Origin: a virus
Length of the DNA: 64,000 nucleotides
Strand: one strand, 5' to 3'
Virus record (IMG/VR): IMGVR_UViG_3300022188_000229
Location: 28,896 to 92,895 of that record
The notes beneath the pieces were generated by a model. The model was not told where the DNA came from and ran no database searches. It saw only the letters and a list, made by a program, of their open reading frames with translations. A program made the translations under genes and the position numbers. The first letter of the stretch is position 1; every line of letters starts with the position of its first letter. This document shows, piece by piece, positions 1 through 10,202 of the stretch.

Positions 1-2
1 TT

Positions 3-368
3 AACGAATTAAAGCGATTCTTTACAGTAGTATTCCTTGCTTCAGACTCAGATGTTAGTTATAATGTGATGAGGACTAGAAATATACCTGCTTATTTTAT
101 TACATCTAAGGAAACTAAACTAGATATACTCACTAGAAAGATAATGCCTCGTTATAATATGCGTCCTGAAAATTTATTATATATAGGTAATAAACTATCA
201 GATGTCCCTTGTATGAACTACGCTGAGTATAGCTTTACAATACCGGCTTCAGCCAATAGAGTGGTTTGTGCAGCCAACGGATCAATTGCTGGAGCATCTG
301 GGAAGGGCATCATGACCAAGTTGTGTGAGGTTTTACTTCCTGAGATAGAAAAAAGAACAAGAAAATAA
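3..368 (+). CDS. KdsC-like HAD-family phosphatase homolog, 5'-truncated by the window edge and possibly degenerate
   Basis: Frame is open from base 3. YIGNKLSDVPCM...PASA...GKG resembles KdsC motif IV (YIGDDxxD) but lacks the acidic pair. Confidence 0.55.
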   Translation, partial: NELKRFFTVVFLASDSDVSYNVMRTRNIPAYFITSKETKLDILTRKIMPRYNMRPENLLYIGNKLSDVPCMNYAEYSFTIPASANRVVCAANGSIAGASGKGIMTKLCEVLLPEIEKRTRK

Positions 369-369
369 C

Positions 370-399
370 TTGACAAGTTTAGAATATGTATTATATTAT
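370..399 (+). promoter_or_regulatory. Sigma70-type promoter (TTGACA...TATTAT)
   Basis: TTGACA at 370-375 and TATATTAT at 392-399. The same motif recurs at least 9 times in intergenic gaps. Confidence 0.75.
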
Positions 400-434
400 A
401 TGTAACTATGACAATTAGAAATTAAGAGGTATTT

Positions 435-1493
435 ATGTTAATCAAAAGAGCAACAAGTTATGGGGCTAATGATCTTATTACCACATACCGTCCTTGTACT
501 ATAGGTGAACTTATAGGTCAAGATGTCAATAAAAAAATAATTAAAAATAACTTACTTAAGGGCACAACTCCTCACTCCATGTTGTTTACCGGACCACCAG
601 GTTGTGGTAAAACAACTGCTGCCAGGATCATAGCCCTGAGATTGAATTGTCTACATCCTTTACATGAACATACTTATATCCCATGTTTAGAGTGTAAGAT
701 ATGTAAATCTACATTGGAACAAAATAATCTAGATATAGTAGAAATAAATGTAGGTAAATCAGGAGGCAAGGCTGCTGTCGAAAAGATAACTTCAAGGTTA
801 GCCTATTCACCTTTGATGAGCGCCAATAAGATATTAATATTTGATGAGGCACACAAATTAACACCCGCTGCCCAGGATCTATTACTAAAAGAGATCGAGG
901 ACGGATATGATAATGTATATTTTATTTTCTGTACTAACCAACCTGAGAAATTAGTACCAGCGTTCATTGATAGAAATTTCAGTATGCATTTTGGTACTAT
1001 AGCTGATAAATTACTTACAGAGCTATTAACAAATATCTGTGATTATGAAGGTATAGAATATAAACCAAATATTATAAGGTACATTGTTGAGGCTGCGAAA
1101 GGAACACCAAGAAGAGCTATAATGAATTTGAAAGTTATTATAGATGAAGGTAGTTGGTCTCTTGATAACGCTAAAGCAGCATTAATAAGTCAGAGTATCG
1201 ATGAAGATAATCCTAATATAATGGAGATAGGTAAGTGTCTAGTCTCTGGTAAGTTCAAAGAAGCACTTAAAGTACTGAAGAAGTTAAAGAATGTGCCTGA
1301 GGAGACGGTACGTATAGCTACTGCAGGATTTTTTACTAATCGATTAACTTGGTGCAAGTCTTTCGAAGAGGGTGATAAGCTTTCAGCAATTTTAGATTTT
1401 ATGACTGTGCCTATCCTTATGACAGGTAAACCAGCCTATCATAAACTTGTCAATAATTTTTATAAAGCAACTAAGATAATGAAGGGTAAATAA
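435..1493 (+). CDS. dnaX: DNA polymerase III gamma/tau-like clamp loader subunit
   Basis: YRP, Walker A GPPGCGKTT, Zn-binding Cys cluster, IFDEAH, FIFCT. Confidence 0.9.
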   Translation: MLIKRATSYGANDLITTYRPCTIGELIGQDVNKKIIKNNLLKGTTPHSMLFTGPPGCGKTTAARIIALRLNCLHPLHEHTYIPCLECKICKSTLEQNNLDIVEINVGKSGGKAAVEKITSRLAYSPLMSANKILIFDEAHKLTPAAQDLLLKEIEDGYDNVYFIFCTNQPEKLVPAFIDRNFSMHFGTIADKLLTELLTNICDYEGIEYKPNIIRYIVEAAKGTPRRAIMNLKVIIDEGSWSLDNAKAALISQSIDEDNPNIMEIGKCLVSGKFKEALKVLKKLKNVPEETVRIATAGFFTNRLTWCKSFEEGDKLSAILDFMTVPILMTGKPAYHKLVNNFYKATKIMKGK

Positions 1494-3424
1494 TGGGTAC
1501 TTTTGAAGTTGAACAGACAGGCCTACCTAAACCTAACTATGAATACATAAACAATGGCGAGGATGTAGGCAGAGCTATTGAAGACATTCTTAAGCATAAT
1601 ATTATTGAGGTGGATACAGAGACTACAGGGTTCGATCCATACACTAAAAAGATAGTGTTGGCACAGATAGGGATTCCTGGAAAATCTTATGTGTTCGATG
1701 TACGCCATGACACTGAACGTTCAAGTGTACATTTAGAGCAATTAAAACCGGTACTAGCTAATAAGAATATTTTAAAGCTGTTACAGAATGCAGTTTTCGA
1801 TATGAAAATGTTAAAAGTTCATGGTGGTTATTATTTAGAAAATATATATGATACCATGCTGGTGGAGCAATTATTTAACCTCGGAAAGATAGGGAGAGGT
1901 GCAAGATTATCTGATATTGTACTGAAGTATTTAGGTCTTGTTCTTCCTAAGGAGCCTGCCACTACGTTTCAAGACTATAATCAGGAATTTAAACCATTTC
2001 AATTAGAATATGCCGCAAATGATGTGACTATTCTATCCTTGATACGAGATTTGCAGGCACCTAGAATTATTTCTGAAGGGTTTGAGAATGTATGTAGGTT
2101 AGAGTTTGAGTTCACTAAGCCTATGTGTGAAATGGAATTGAATGGTATTCATTTAGATAAAGATAAATGGCGTGTGATGATGGCAGATATAGAAGTAGAG
2201 AGAGGTTCAGAGCTCACTCTTATTCAGCAGTTACTAACAGCCACTTATGGTAAGAATGTTTTATTTGGTGTACCAGTTGTGAATTTAGACAGCCCCAAGC
2301 AATTGCTTAAGGCATTAAAGAGTTATGGTTTACCTAATTTAGATAGTACTGCTGAAGCTGCTTTGAAAAAATACAAAGATGTTCCTGTTGTTAAATCACT
2401 ATTAAAATTTAGAAAGCTGAACAAACTTATGTCTACTTATGGCGAGACTCTTCTTGATAAGCTTCATCCAATCACTGGGAGACTCCACACACGTTTCCGC
2501 CAGATGGTAAGCACCGGTAGGATGAGTTCTTCTGCCCCTAATTTGCAGAATATACCTAAGAAGCAAAAGTATAGAAGCTGCTTTGTAGCAAAACCGGGGT
2601 ATGGACTAGTCACTGCTGATATGTCAGGAGCCGAGTTAAGAATTCTTGGTAATATATCAAATGATGCAGTGTTCATTGAGTGTTACGCTAATGGGATAGA
2701 TATACATACTAGAACTGCCTCAGAAGTATTTGATACTCCTATGGATAGAGTTAAAGGTGCCATGAGGAACTCTGCTAAAGCTATTAACTTTGGACTGTGT
2801 TATGGTCTATCTAAATACGGATTGGCAGACAGACTTAAGATCACTGAGAAAGAAGCAGATAGAATGATTAATACTTATTTTGAACGTTATAGTGGAGTAA
2901 AAACATATTTAGATTCCGCTGCGAGAAGTGCAATTAAAAATGGTTACTCAACTACTGTAAGTGGACGTAAAAGATTCTATAATGTGCCTCCTTATGGACA
3001 CCCTGATCGTAAAAAAATACAACGTTCGGTGGAAAGGGCAGCTAAGAATGCTGGTATTCAAGGTGCCAATGCTGATACAATTAAAGAGTCTATGATTTTG
3101 GTCGTAGATAGATTAGAAAAGAGTGGTTTAGACGCTAAACTTTTACTTACTGTACATGATGAAGTTGTAGTAGAAGTGAGGAATGACCAAATTGAGGAGG
3201 CTTCTGCAATCGTTTCCCAGTCCCTTATTGATGGCTTTGCTACTTATTTTAGTAAGATTCCTATGGAGACCGATGCGTTATCAGGTCCTTGTTGGTTAAA
3301 GGGATCTTGTGAAGAGGAAGATGAAGATGGAAAAGAATGTGGATGCGCAAAAATGATGTTTGCACCAGATGAAAAATTTGGAACTAAGTTAGTGTGTTCC
3401 AGTTGTGGAGCACCACAAGATTAA
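1493..3424 (+). CDS. polA: Family A DNA polymerase (3'-5' exonuclease plus polymerase domains)
   Basis: Exo DTETTG and YAANDV; TGRMSSSAPNLQNIP; DMSGAELR; AKAINFGLCYG; VHDE. Confidence 0.95.
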   Translation: MGTFEVEQTGLPKPNYEYINNGEDVGRAIEDILKHNIIEVDTETTGFDPYTKKIVLAQIGIPGKSYVFDVRHDTERSSVHLEQLKPVLANKNILKLLQNAVFDMKMLKVHGGYYLENIYDTMLVEQLFNLGKIGRGARLSDIVLKYLGLVLPKEPATTFQDYNQEFKPFQLEYAANDVTILSLIRDLQAPRIISEGFENVCRLEFEFTKPMCEMELNGIHLDKDKWRVMMADIEVERGSELTLIQQLLTATYGKNVLFGVPVVNLDSPKQLLKALKSYGLPNLDSTAEAALKKYKDVPVVKSLLKFRKLNKLMSTYGETLLDKLHPITGRLHTRFRQMVSTGRMSSSAPNLQNIPKKQKYRSCFVAKPGYGLVTADMSGAELRILGNISNDAVFIECYANGIDIHTRTASEVFDTPMDRVKGAMRNSAKAINFGLCYGLSKYGLADRLKITEKEADRMINTYFERYSGVKTYLDSAARSAIKNGYSTTVSGRKRFYNVPPYGHPDRKKIQRSVERAAKNAGIQGANADTIKESMILVVDRLEKSGLDAKLLLTVHDEVVVEVRNDQIEEASAIVSQSLIDGFATYFSKIPMETDALSGPCWLKGSCEEEDEDGKECGCAKMMFAPDEKFGTKLVCSSCGAPQD

Positions 3425-3444
3425 AAATAAAAAGGAGAACGACT

Positions 3445-3894
3445 ATGAACGTAACAATTAAATACACAAAATTAAATGAGACCGCAGTACTACCTGAATA
3501 TGCACACGACACTGATGCATGTTTTGATATCTTTGCACTGGAGGGTGGGGTACTTAAGCCTCACAGACATGTACTAGTTAAGACTGGCTTGGCTTACGCT
3601 TTACCGATTGACTATGAGATGCAGGTTAGACCTAGAAGTGGTAATGCAAATAAGAAAATGGTCACTGTATTGAATACCCCAGGTACCATTGATCAGGACT
3701 ATAGAGGGGACCTTGGTGTAATTCTTATCAACCACAGTAACAATCCGTTTGTATGGGAAGCAGGTCAAGCCATAGCACAGGGTGCAGTTAAGCCTGTGTA
3801 CCGTGCCAATTTTGTTGAAGTAGATAACCTAGATGAAACTGTACGAGGTGAAGGTGGATTTGGTTCTACTGATGCTCCCAAAGAAAATAATTAA
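3445..3894 (+). CDS. dut: Trimeric dUTPase
   Basis: RPRSG, GTIDQDYRG and RGEGGFGST motifs; ATG at 3445 follows AAGGAG. Confidence 0.95.
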   Translation: MNVTIKYTKLNETAVLPEYAHDTDACFDIFALEGGVLKPHRHVLVKTGLAYALPIDYEMQVRPRSGNANKKMVTVLNTPGTIDQDYRGDLGVILINHSNNPFVWEAGQAIAQGAVKPVYRANFVEVDNLDETVRGEGGFGSTDAPKENN

Positions 3895-3909
3895 GGAGGC
3901 AATTAAAAT

Positions 3910-6900
3910 ATGCTATTTATAGATAGTTTTCAAGAAAAAATTTGGAAGGATAAGTATCAGTACGGAGATGAGACTTATGAAGATTTCTGTCACCGTATAG
4001 CGTATACTATCTTTGCCAAAGATGAACACAAAGCTAAACAATTAAAAGAGTCTATTGAGGGCTTTAGGACTTTATTTGGTGGAAGAATTAATTCTAATAT
4101 AGGTATACCAGAGCAAGGACTAACTCTCTTCAATTGTTTTATTGAGGCAACAGTCAAAGACCCTGATTCATTAGAAGGTATCATGGATATGGTAACCAAG
4201 TATGCTCTCACATTAAAGACTGAGGGTGGAGTAGGTTTCTGTGCTAACTTTTTAAGACCGGCAAATACTTTGATTAGGAAGATAGGTGTTACTACCCCTG
4301 GGGCAATCAAGTTCCTAGAGATATTTGATAAGGTATCAGAAGTTATTACTTCAGGCAGTGTATCTAAGAAAGATAGTATACAGGGCGTTCCAACTAAGAA
4401 AAGCATCCGTAAGGGTGCTACCATGGTAACTATGAGCGCCAACCACCCAGATATAGAGGATTTTATTACAGCTAAATCTATACCTAATAAGCTTACCAAG
4501 ATGAATATGTCTGTACTAATTTCAGATGCATTTATGTATGCTGTAGACAATGAGTTAGATTGGAATTTGTGGTTTCCAGACATAAGCCATGATAAGTATG
4601 ACAAAGAATGGGATGGGGATTTTGAAAAATGGGCAGGGAAAGGTTACCCTTGTGTGACATATAAAACTGTAAAAGCTAATTATCTTTGGGAATTATTACT
4701 TAAGTCTAGTTATTGTGTCCCAGGTACGTTAGAATTACCTGCCTATCATAATAATAACCCAACAGATATAAGTATAACACACCTACACAAGATGGTGCAG
4801 AATGGTGAGGATATTCAGGTTCTTTCTATTAATAAGGATACTTTAAAATTAGAAAAGAAAAGAGTTACTAATTCGGTTTGTACAGGAGAAAATGAACTAT
4901 TAAATATCACTACTAGTTCTAATTTACAATATAAATGTACCGGTGAGCATAAATTGTTTGGTATGTCTACGGGAGCCCCTTTATATGAAACTATGGCTAA
5001 AGACTTTGTTGTAGATGATTACATAGCTACTGTAAATAAAACTACGGTTGAAGACGAGAACTTCTGTGTTGATGATGATTGGGAAGTATTTACTGGCATG
5101 ATTTTAGGAGACGGCAGTGTAAGACATGGGCAAATAAGAATTGCAGTACACATAGACCAGGTTGAGGAGGTGCTACCGTTAGCAAATAGAATAGCTGAAA
5201 GATATAATAGAGAAGTAAAATTATATTATGATAAAAGATCAAATAATTGGGCAGAGCTTAGTATACATTCTACCAAGTTGAGCACTGATTTAGAAGCCTT
5301 TATGTATCAATCTAAATTTGAAGGACAAAGTACTTCTATTAAAGAAATACCTAATTACTTATTTACTACTATTAATTTAAGAAGTGTTAGAAATTTTCTA
5401 TCAGGATTCTTTAGTGCAGACGGCTGTATTAACGGGCAGAAGACTACTTATTATTCTAAACACGATCATATAGCTATTGGTATACAGAGATTACTTCTTA
5501 GAGTTGGAGTTATTAGTAGAAAATATAAAGTTAACCATAAGGAACTTAAAGTGTTTGGATTTCGTGTAGACATGGATATGAACAACTCTGTTAAGTTACT
5601 AAAAGAAATACCTAAATTTTTGATAGAATCTAAGGTTAATAGAGACTTCTATGAGACCGTTAACGAATATAAAGCTCCTATAGGGATTATGGCTTATGAT
5701 GAAATAAAATCTTTTTCTAATAAAGCAAAATTACATAGAGAAAATAGAAGAACTGGTAAACAAAATTTTCCAGAAAAATACCAACACTTATTTGATTCAA
5801 ATGTGGTACATGAGTCTATAGTTGATATATCTTCTGGAGGTACTGTAAAAACATATGATATAACAGTTGAAGATAATGAAAATTTTATTTGTGTGGATGG
5901 AGGATTATATCATAATTGCCGCAACGAACCTGGAATTCTTTTTATAGACACTATTCGTAGTATGGACAATATTAAGTATCTTACTAGTTCCATACAGGCT
6001 AGTAACCCATGCGGGGAAGTGATGGGAAACACTGGTATAGTAGAGCACAAAGGTCAACTCTTTGAGCTTGGTGATGTTTGTAACTTAGGTTCTTTGGTTC
6101 TACCTTATTACTATGATATGAGTACCGAGAAGTTTAATTTTGAGGAATTCAAAAAAGATATAACTATTATGGTAGAGGCTCTGGATAATGTTATAGAGAT
6201 ATCAGACTACCCATTGGATATGTATGAGCAGGCTGCTAAGATGAAACGTAAAATCGGTCTTGGAGTAGCAGGTATCGGATCTCTTTTTATGATGATGGGT
6301 GTAAAGTACGGTAGCGACGAGAGTATTAAAATTACAGAAGAAATTTTGTCTATTTTAGCTAACACATCTTACCAAGCTTCTGCTCTTTTAGCTAAAGAAA
6401 AAGGTCCTTTCCCACTATACGACGAAAAACTATTGGAGGACGGTTATGTAAAGAATGGAGGTGTTCTGACTGAAGATACTTTAGCAATTGTTAAGAAGCA
6501 TGGGCTTAGACACTCAGCTACAATGGCTATTGCACCTAACGGTACCTTATCTATTCTAGCAGGTAATGTCTCTGGAGGTCTGGAACCTGTATTTTCACCT
6601 GAGTTCACTAGATGGAATAGGATAGAAGGTAAGAAATTAGGCTTTACTTATCCCAAGATCCATAAAGGTGAATGGTTTGAGACAGATTATTTTAAGGAAG
6701 AACTAATAGCTGATGAACCTATTTTGGTTTCTACAGATGGTAAGTATAGAATTGATAATAATCAAGGTCTTTGTAAAGAAGTAACTATTAGGGACTATGG
6801 GTATAACCAAGCATTAGAGTATGGTAAGATAGAATTTACTACTGCCATGGGTCTTTCAGTACAGGAGCACTTCAATATCTTGAGTGTGTTCGCTAAATAT

Positions 6901-7650
6901 ATTGATTTGAGTTGTAGCAAAACTGTAAATCTACCAGCAGATATTACCTTTGAAGATTTTAAGGCGCTGTATGGTAAGATTCATAGCCAGGGTATTAAAG
7001 GCTGCACTACTTATAGAGCAGGGACTTCTATAGCTGTTCTAGAGGTAAAGAAGGAAGAGAAGGATAGAACTATCAAAGCTCAACAGAAAGAGTTTTTAGA
7101 GGCGTTTAGAGGCCACGAGAATGGAGACATTATGCGTGATGTAGTTAAGCTACCAGAAGAGTACCCAAGTATGGGATATGTAATTAGAGCAGAGAAGAAA
7201 AAATGGTATTTACATGTGGCTTTTAAGAATGAAGCTAAGACTAAACCTTTTGCTATTTTTGTAAGCACTAATGATCAGTCCCCTACTCTTATTACTAACA
7301 ATGCAATTGAGGCTCTAGAGAAATTAGCTAGAAAGCATAGACTCGGCGGTAGGCGTTTAGAAGAAGTTGGTAAGAAGTATGCACGACAACCTAATTCTGT
7401 TAAGGTAGCCCGTATGCTGGGTTACCTGTTAAGGCATAATGTGCCTATGCTAGATATAGTTAAGGCATTAGATAATGTCGAGGATGCTCATGTTGGAACT
7501 TTTGTTTTTAGAATCAAGAAATTTCTTATGCAGTTCATCACTGAGCCTGTAGATTTAGGTATCACTTGCAATGAATGTGGAGGAGTAGACGTAATTCTTC
7601 AAGAAGGGTGCACATTGTGCCGCTCCTGCGGTTCAAGTAAATGTTCTTAA
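3910..7650 (+). CDS. nrdJ: Class II (adenosylcobalamin-dependent) ribonucleotide reductase containing an intein
   Basis: LFNCF, GGVG, NPCGE, CNLGS, IAPNGTLS, SKTVNLP, KGCTTYR, and a C-terminal Zn ribbon ending GSSKCS. Confidence 0.92.
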   Translation: MLFIDSFQEKIWKDKYQYGDETYEDFCHRIAYTIFAKDEHKAKQLKESIEGFRTLFGGRINSNIGIPEQGLTLFNCFIEATVKDPDSLEGIMDMVTKYALTLKTEGGVGFCANFLRPANTLIRKIGVTTPGAIKFLEIFDKVSEVITSGSVSKKDSIQGVPTKKSIRKGATMVTMSANHPDIEDFITAKSIPNKLTKMNMSVLISDAFMYAVDNELDWNLWFPDISHDKYDKEWDGDFEKWAGKGYPCVTYKTVKANYLWELLLKSSYCVPGTLELPAYHNNNPTDISITHLHKMVQNGEDIQVLSINKDTLKLEKKRVTNSVCTGENELLNITTSSNLQYKCTGEHKLFGMSTGAPLYETMAKDFVVDDYIATVNKTTVEDENFCVDDDWEVFTGMILGDGSVRHGQIRIAVHIDQVEEVLPLANRIAERYNREVKLYYDKRSNNWAELSIHSTKLSTDLEAFMYQSKFEGQSTSIKEIPNYLFTTINLRSVRNFLSGFFSADGCINGQKTTYYSKHDHIAIGIQRLLLRVGVISRKYKVNHKELKVFGFRVDMDMNNSVKLLKEIPKFLIESKVNRDFYETVNEYKAPIGIMAYDEIKSFSNKAKLHRENRRTGKQNFPEKYQHLFDSNVVHESIVDISSGGTVKTYDITVEDNENFICVDGGLYHNCRNEPGILFIDTIRSMDNIKYLTSSIQASNPCGEVMGNTGIVEHKGQLFELGDVCNLGSLVLPYYYDMSTEKFNFEEFKKDITIMVEALDNVIEISDYPLDMYEQAAKMKRKIGLGVAGIGSLFMMMGVKYGSDESIKITEEILSILANTSYQASALLAKEKGPFPLYDEKLLEDGYVKNGGVLTEDTLAIVKKHGLRHSATMAIAPNGTLSILAGNVSGGLEPVFSPEFTRWNRIEGKKLGFTYPKIHKGEWFETDYFKEELIADEPILVSTDGKYRIDNNQGLCKEVTIRDYGYNQALEYGKIEFTTAMGLSVQEHFNILSVFAKYIDLSCSKTVNLPADITFEDFKALYGKIHSQGIKGCTTYRAGTSIAVLEVKKEEKDRTIKAQQKEFLEAFRGHENGDIMRDVVKLPEEYPSMGYVIRAEKKKWYLHVAFKNEAKTKPFAIFVSTNDQSPTLITNNAIEALEKLARKHRLGGRRLEEVGKKYARQPNSVKVARMLGYLLRHNVPMLDIVKALDNVEDAHVGTFVFRIKKFLMQFITEPVDLGITCNECGGVDVILQEGCTLCRSCGSSKCS
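4714..5916 (+). mobile_element. Intein (~401 aa) with LAGLIDADG homing endonuclease, inside nrdJ
   Basis: Starts CVPG; block B CTGEHKLF; GMILGDG and GFFSADG endonuclease motifs; block F TYDITVEDNENF; ends HN with +1 Cys. Confidence 0.93.
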
Positions 7651-7654
7651 TTAC

Positions 7655-7682
7655 TTGACAAATTAAAATTAATGATTACTAT
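7655..7682 (+). promoter_or_regulatory. Sigma70-type promoter
   Basis: TTGACA-N16-TACTAT. Confidence 0.6.
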
Positions 7683-7731
7683 ATAGATATGTGGGGGACA
7701 ATCTAGTCCTCCACTATCATAAGGGATTACC

Positions 7732-8019
7732 ATGAAAATACCACGAATTAATTGTATACACTTTGACTGGGGGGCTTGCGGTAAGTGCAATAAACTACCT
7801 AAGTTTCTGAAGTACTTTAGAAGAAGTTGTTCGGAGATATACAGTGTTACCCCATCAGCCTGTAAATTCCATGAAAAATATTCTCGGTTTGATATAAATA
7901 ACCCACCTATGCCCCCTCCATGTAGAGTGTATAAGTGTTATGGTCCTAATATGGTGAGGACTAAAGAAAGTATTCAGGATAGTTATGAATGGGACTGCAA
8001 ATTAAATAAAAAGGATTAA
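7732..8019 (+). CDS. Hypothetical Cys-rich protein
   Basis: ORF preceded by AAGGGA and a promoter. Confidence 0.6.
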   Translation: MKIPRINCIHFDWGACGKCNKLPKFLKYFRRSCSEIYSVTPSACKFHEKYSRFDINNPPMPPPCRVYKCYGPNMVRTKESIQDSYEWDCKLNKKD

Positions 8020-8022
8020 CCT

Positions 8023-8625
8023 ATGAATTTTGGATTTGATTTAGATGAAGTTATAGCAAAGACAGCGCACATGGCTGTAGGGCATTTGAATGCCGTGTGT
8101 AATTGTAATTATGGAATAGAAATATTTAAAAGTTTTCAGTTTAATGAGAATATATTTTCAGAGGATAAAGAAGAACAACAACTAGTTGTTGACACTCTTG
8201 TATGGGCAGTATTTGATAAGAAAATGATGGCTAGTGTGAAGCCCTACGAGGATGCTGTTAGAGTCATAAATGATTTGAAACGTCAGGGACACAAGATATT
8301 CATTATAACAAAGAGACCTAAAGAACTTACTGGTATGACTAGTAGATGGCTACATAGTCACAAGGTTGGCTTTGATAAGCTAGTTTTGACTGGTTTAGAA
8401 AGTAAAGGTAGCTTCGCTAAGCGCTTGCAATTAGATTGTTTTGTTGACGATCTAGAAGAAAATCTATATGATATGTATATCGCCAAGAGGCGATGGAATA
8501 AAGGCTTGATTCTAATGACTAGACCTTGGAATGAGACCGATGTTATAGATGGAAGTAAGTTCTCTAGAGCTGATAATTGGCTGGACATTAGAAAATTACT
8601 GTCTATCGGTAATAGATTAAAATAA
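8023..8625 (+). CDS. 5'(3')-deoxyribonucleotidase-like HAD protein
   Basis: GFDLDEV, ITKR, FVDD and RPWN motifs. Confidence 0.85.
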   Translation: MNFGFDLDEVIAKTAHMAVGHLNAVCNCNYGIEIFKSFQFNENIFSEDKEEQQLVVDTLVWAVFDKKMMASVKPYEDAVRVINDLKRQGHKIFIITKRPKELTGMTSRWLHSHKVGFDKLVLTGLESKGSFAKRLQLDCFVDDLEENLYDMYIAKRRWNKGLILMTRPWNETDVIDGSKFSRADNWLDIRKLLSIGNRLK

Positions 8626-8629
8626 ATAC

Positions 8630-8659
8630 TTGACAAATTAAAAATAGGTATTATATTAT
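8630..8659 (+). promoter_or_regulatory. Sigma70-type promoter
   Basis: TTGACA at 8630 and TATTAT at 8654. Confidence 0.7.
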
Positions 8660-8664
8660 ATACT

Positions 8665-8817
8665 ATGAAAATTAAAAAAATAAAGAAAGATGCAGTTTCG
8701 TATGTTCCACCACCTAAAAAACACAAAGGACTTACTTGTAAAGAGTGTGGGGTAAGTTCTTACTACATAAAAGATAAGTGTTGGTTGTGTGGTACACCCT
8801 TTAAAAAGGAAACATGA
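8665..8817 (+). CDS. Small Zn-ribbon protein (50 aa), not in the ORF track
   Basis: MKIKKIKKDAVSYVPPPKKHKGLTCKECG...CWLCG; two CxxC motifs. Confidence 0.65.
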   Translation: MKIKKIKKDAVSYVPPPKKHKGLTCKECGVSSYYIKDKCWLCGTPFKKET

Positions 8818-8818
8818 T

Positions 8819-9064
8819 ATGAAAATTAAGTATTGCTTAATAGGCCTGTTAGTAATTATGGGTTGCGGTGGAGATGCTAACCAAGGTATGGAAGCGGTTC
8901 AGAAAAAGTATCCAAATGAAGCAGTTATTAATATACCTGAGAGTACAAATCAATATATAGTGTTAATGAAGGATGGAAGAACGATCAGATATATAACAAC
9001 AAGCGTCGGTACACACGTAAATACTATACGTACAGACATAGAATTATATAAAAAAGGAAGGTAA
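8819..9064 (+). CDS. Putative lipoprotein
   Basis: Lipobox-like signal MKIKYCLIGLLVIMGC. Confidence 0.55.
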   Translation: MKIKYCLIGLLVIMGCGGDANQGMEAVQKKYPNEAVINIPESTNQYIVLMKDGRTIRYITTSVGTHVNTIRTDIELYKKGR

Positions 9065-9066
9065 AA

Positions 9067-9342
9067 ATGAGAATCAAATGTAACATGTGTGTAAATGAAT
9101 CAGGCAGAAAATGTGTAGTAAGAAAAACAACGGTTAATACTACTAAGTCTCGCAAATGTAATGACTATGAGTTTGAAGAGTCACGGGAGATCGCAAGACT
9201 AGAACGCAAAGCAAGGGTAATGGATCAACAAGAAGCTAAAGCGAAAGCAGTACATGCAGCTATGGTTCATGCTCAAGAAGCCGCTGATGCCCACCCATCA
9301 ACTGGCGATTTAAGTAGATTTAAATCTAGTGCTACTAAGTAA
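9067..9342 (+). CDS. Hypothetical protein
   Basis: ORF with RBS, in operon. Confidence 0.6.
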   Translation: MRIKCNMCVNESGRKCVVRKTTVNTTKSRKCNDYEFEESREIARLERKARVMDQQEAKAKAVHAAMVHAQEAADAHPSTGDLSRFKSSATK

Positions 9343-9344
9343 TT

Positions 9345-9989
9345 ATGCCAAAAACATACCCAACATATGATATAGAGAGTGACATGTATGGTAAAGATTA
9401 CACTCATGTAGTAGGGGTTGACGAGTGTGGGCGTGGAACTCTATGGGGAAGTGTTGTAGCAGCAGTGGTGTATATACCTCAAGAAAATATACCTAATTTA
9501 TTAAATAAAGTACACGATTCTAAACAACTTTCTGCTAAGAAAAGAGATGAATTGTCTGAATTAATAAAAGATAATTGTTTTTATGGTATAGGTGAAATAG
9601 GGCCTGACATAATAGATGATATAAATATACTTAGGGCAACTGAACAAGCAATGGTATTGGCACTTTCTAAACTCCGTATCGATAGCGGTATTAGCTATGA
9701 CTGTGTGCTTATAGATGGCACTGTCAAACTTAAGATGGTGCCTGAATACCAACAGCAGATCATTAAAGGAGATGCTTCAGTGTTGTCCATAGCCGCTGCT
9801 TCTATAATAGCTAAAACTTATAGAGATAATACCATTTTAAATCTACCTGATATTGACTATTATAATGTTTGGGATATAGCAAATAGTAAAGGGTATGGTA
9901 CTAAAAAACATCGAGATGCTATTAAGGTTTATGGTCTCAATAAATTACATAGAAAAACTTTTGGTATTTGTAAGGAGTATAATGATTAG
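9345..9989 (+). CDS. rnhB: Ribonuclease HII
   Basis: GVDECGRG, DSKQLS, LIDG, KGDA, SIAAASIIAK, KGYGT. Confidence 0.95.
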   Translation: MPKTYPTYDIESDMYGKDYTHVVGVDECGRGTLWGSVVAAVVYIPQENIPNLLNKVHDSKQLSAKKRDELSELIKDNCFYGIGEIGPDIIDDINILRATEQAMVLALSKLRIDSGISYDCVLIDGTVKLKMVPEYQQQIIKGDASVLSIAAASIIAKTYRDNTILNLPDIDYYNVWDIANSKGYGTKKHRDAIKVYGLNKLHRKTFGICKEYND

Positions 9990-10055
9990 TAAAGACAAAG
10001 TGCGCTATCAAAAAACTTATCGTAAAAATAATAGAGAGGCATTAAAGAGTTTTAT

Positions 10056-10202
10056 ATGACAGAAGAAACAATCACAATAACTAGGAAAGAGTACAAAGAG
10101 TTGAAAGAGGACTCTGATTTTTTACAAGCCTTAAGAGCAGCAGGAGTAGATAATTGGGACGGCTATGATTATGCCATAGATATTTTAAATGAGGATAACT
10201 AA
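10056..10202 (+). CDS. Small phage protein (48 aa, GVDNWDGY motif), not in the ORF track
   Basis: MTEETITITRKEYKELKEDSDFLQALRAAGVDNWDGYDYAIDILNEDN; its stop overlaps the next ATG. Confidence 0.7.
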   Translation: MTEETITITRKEYKELKEDSDFLQALRAAGVDNWDGYDYAIDILNEDN

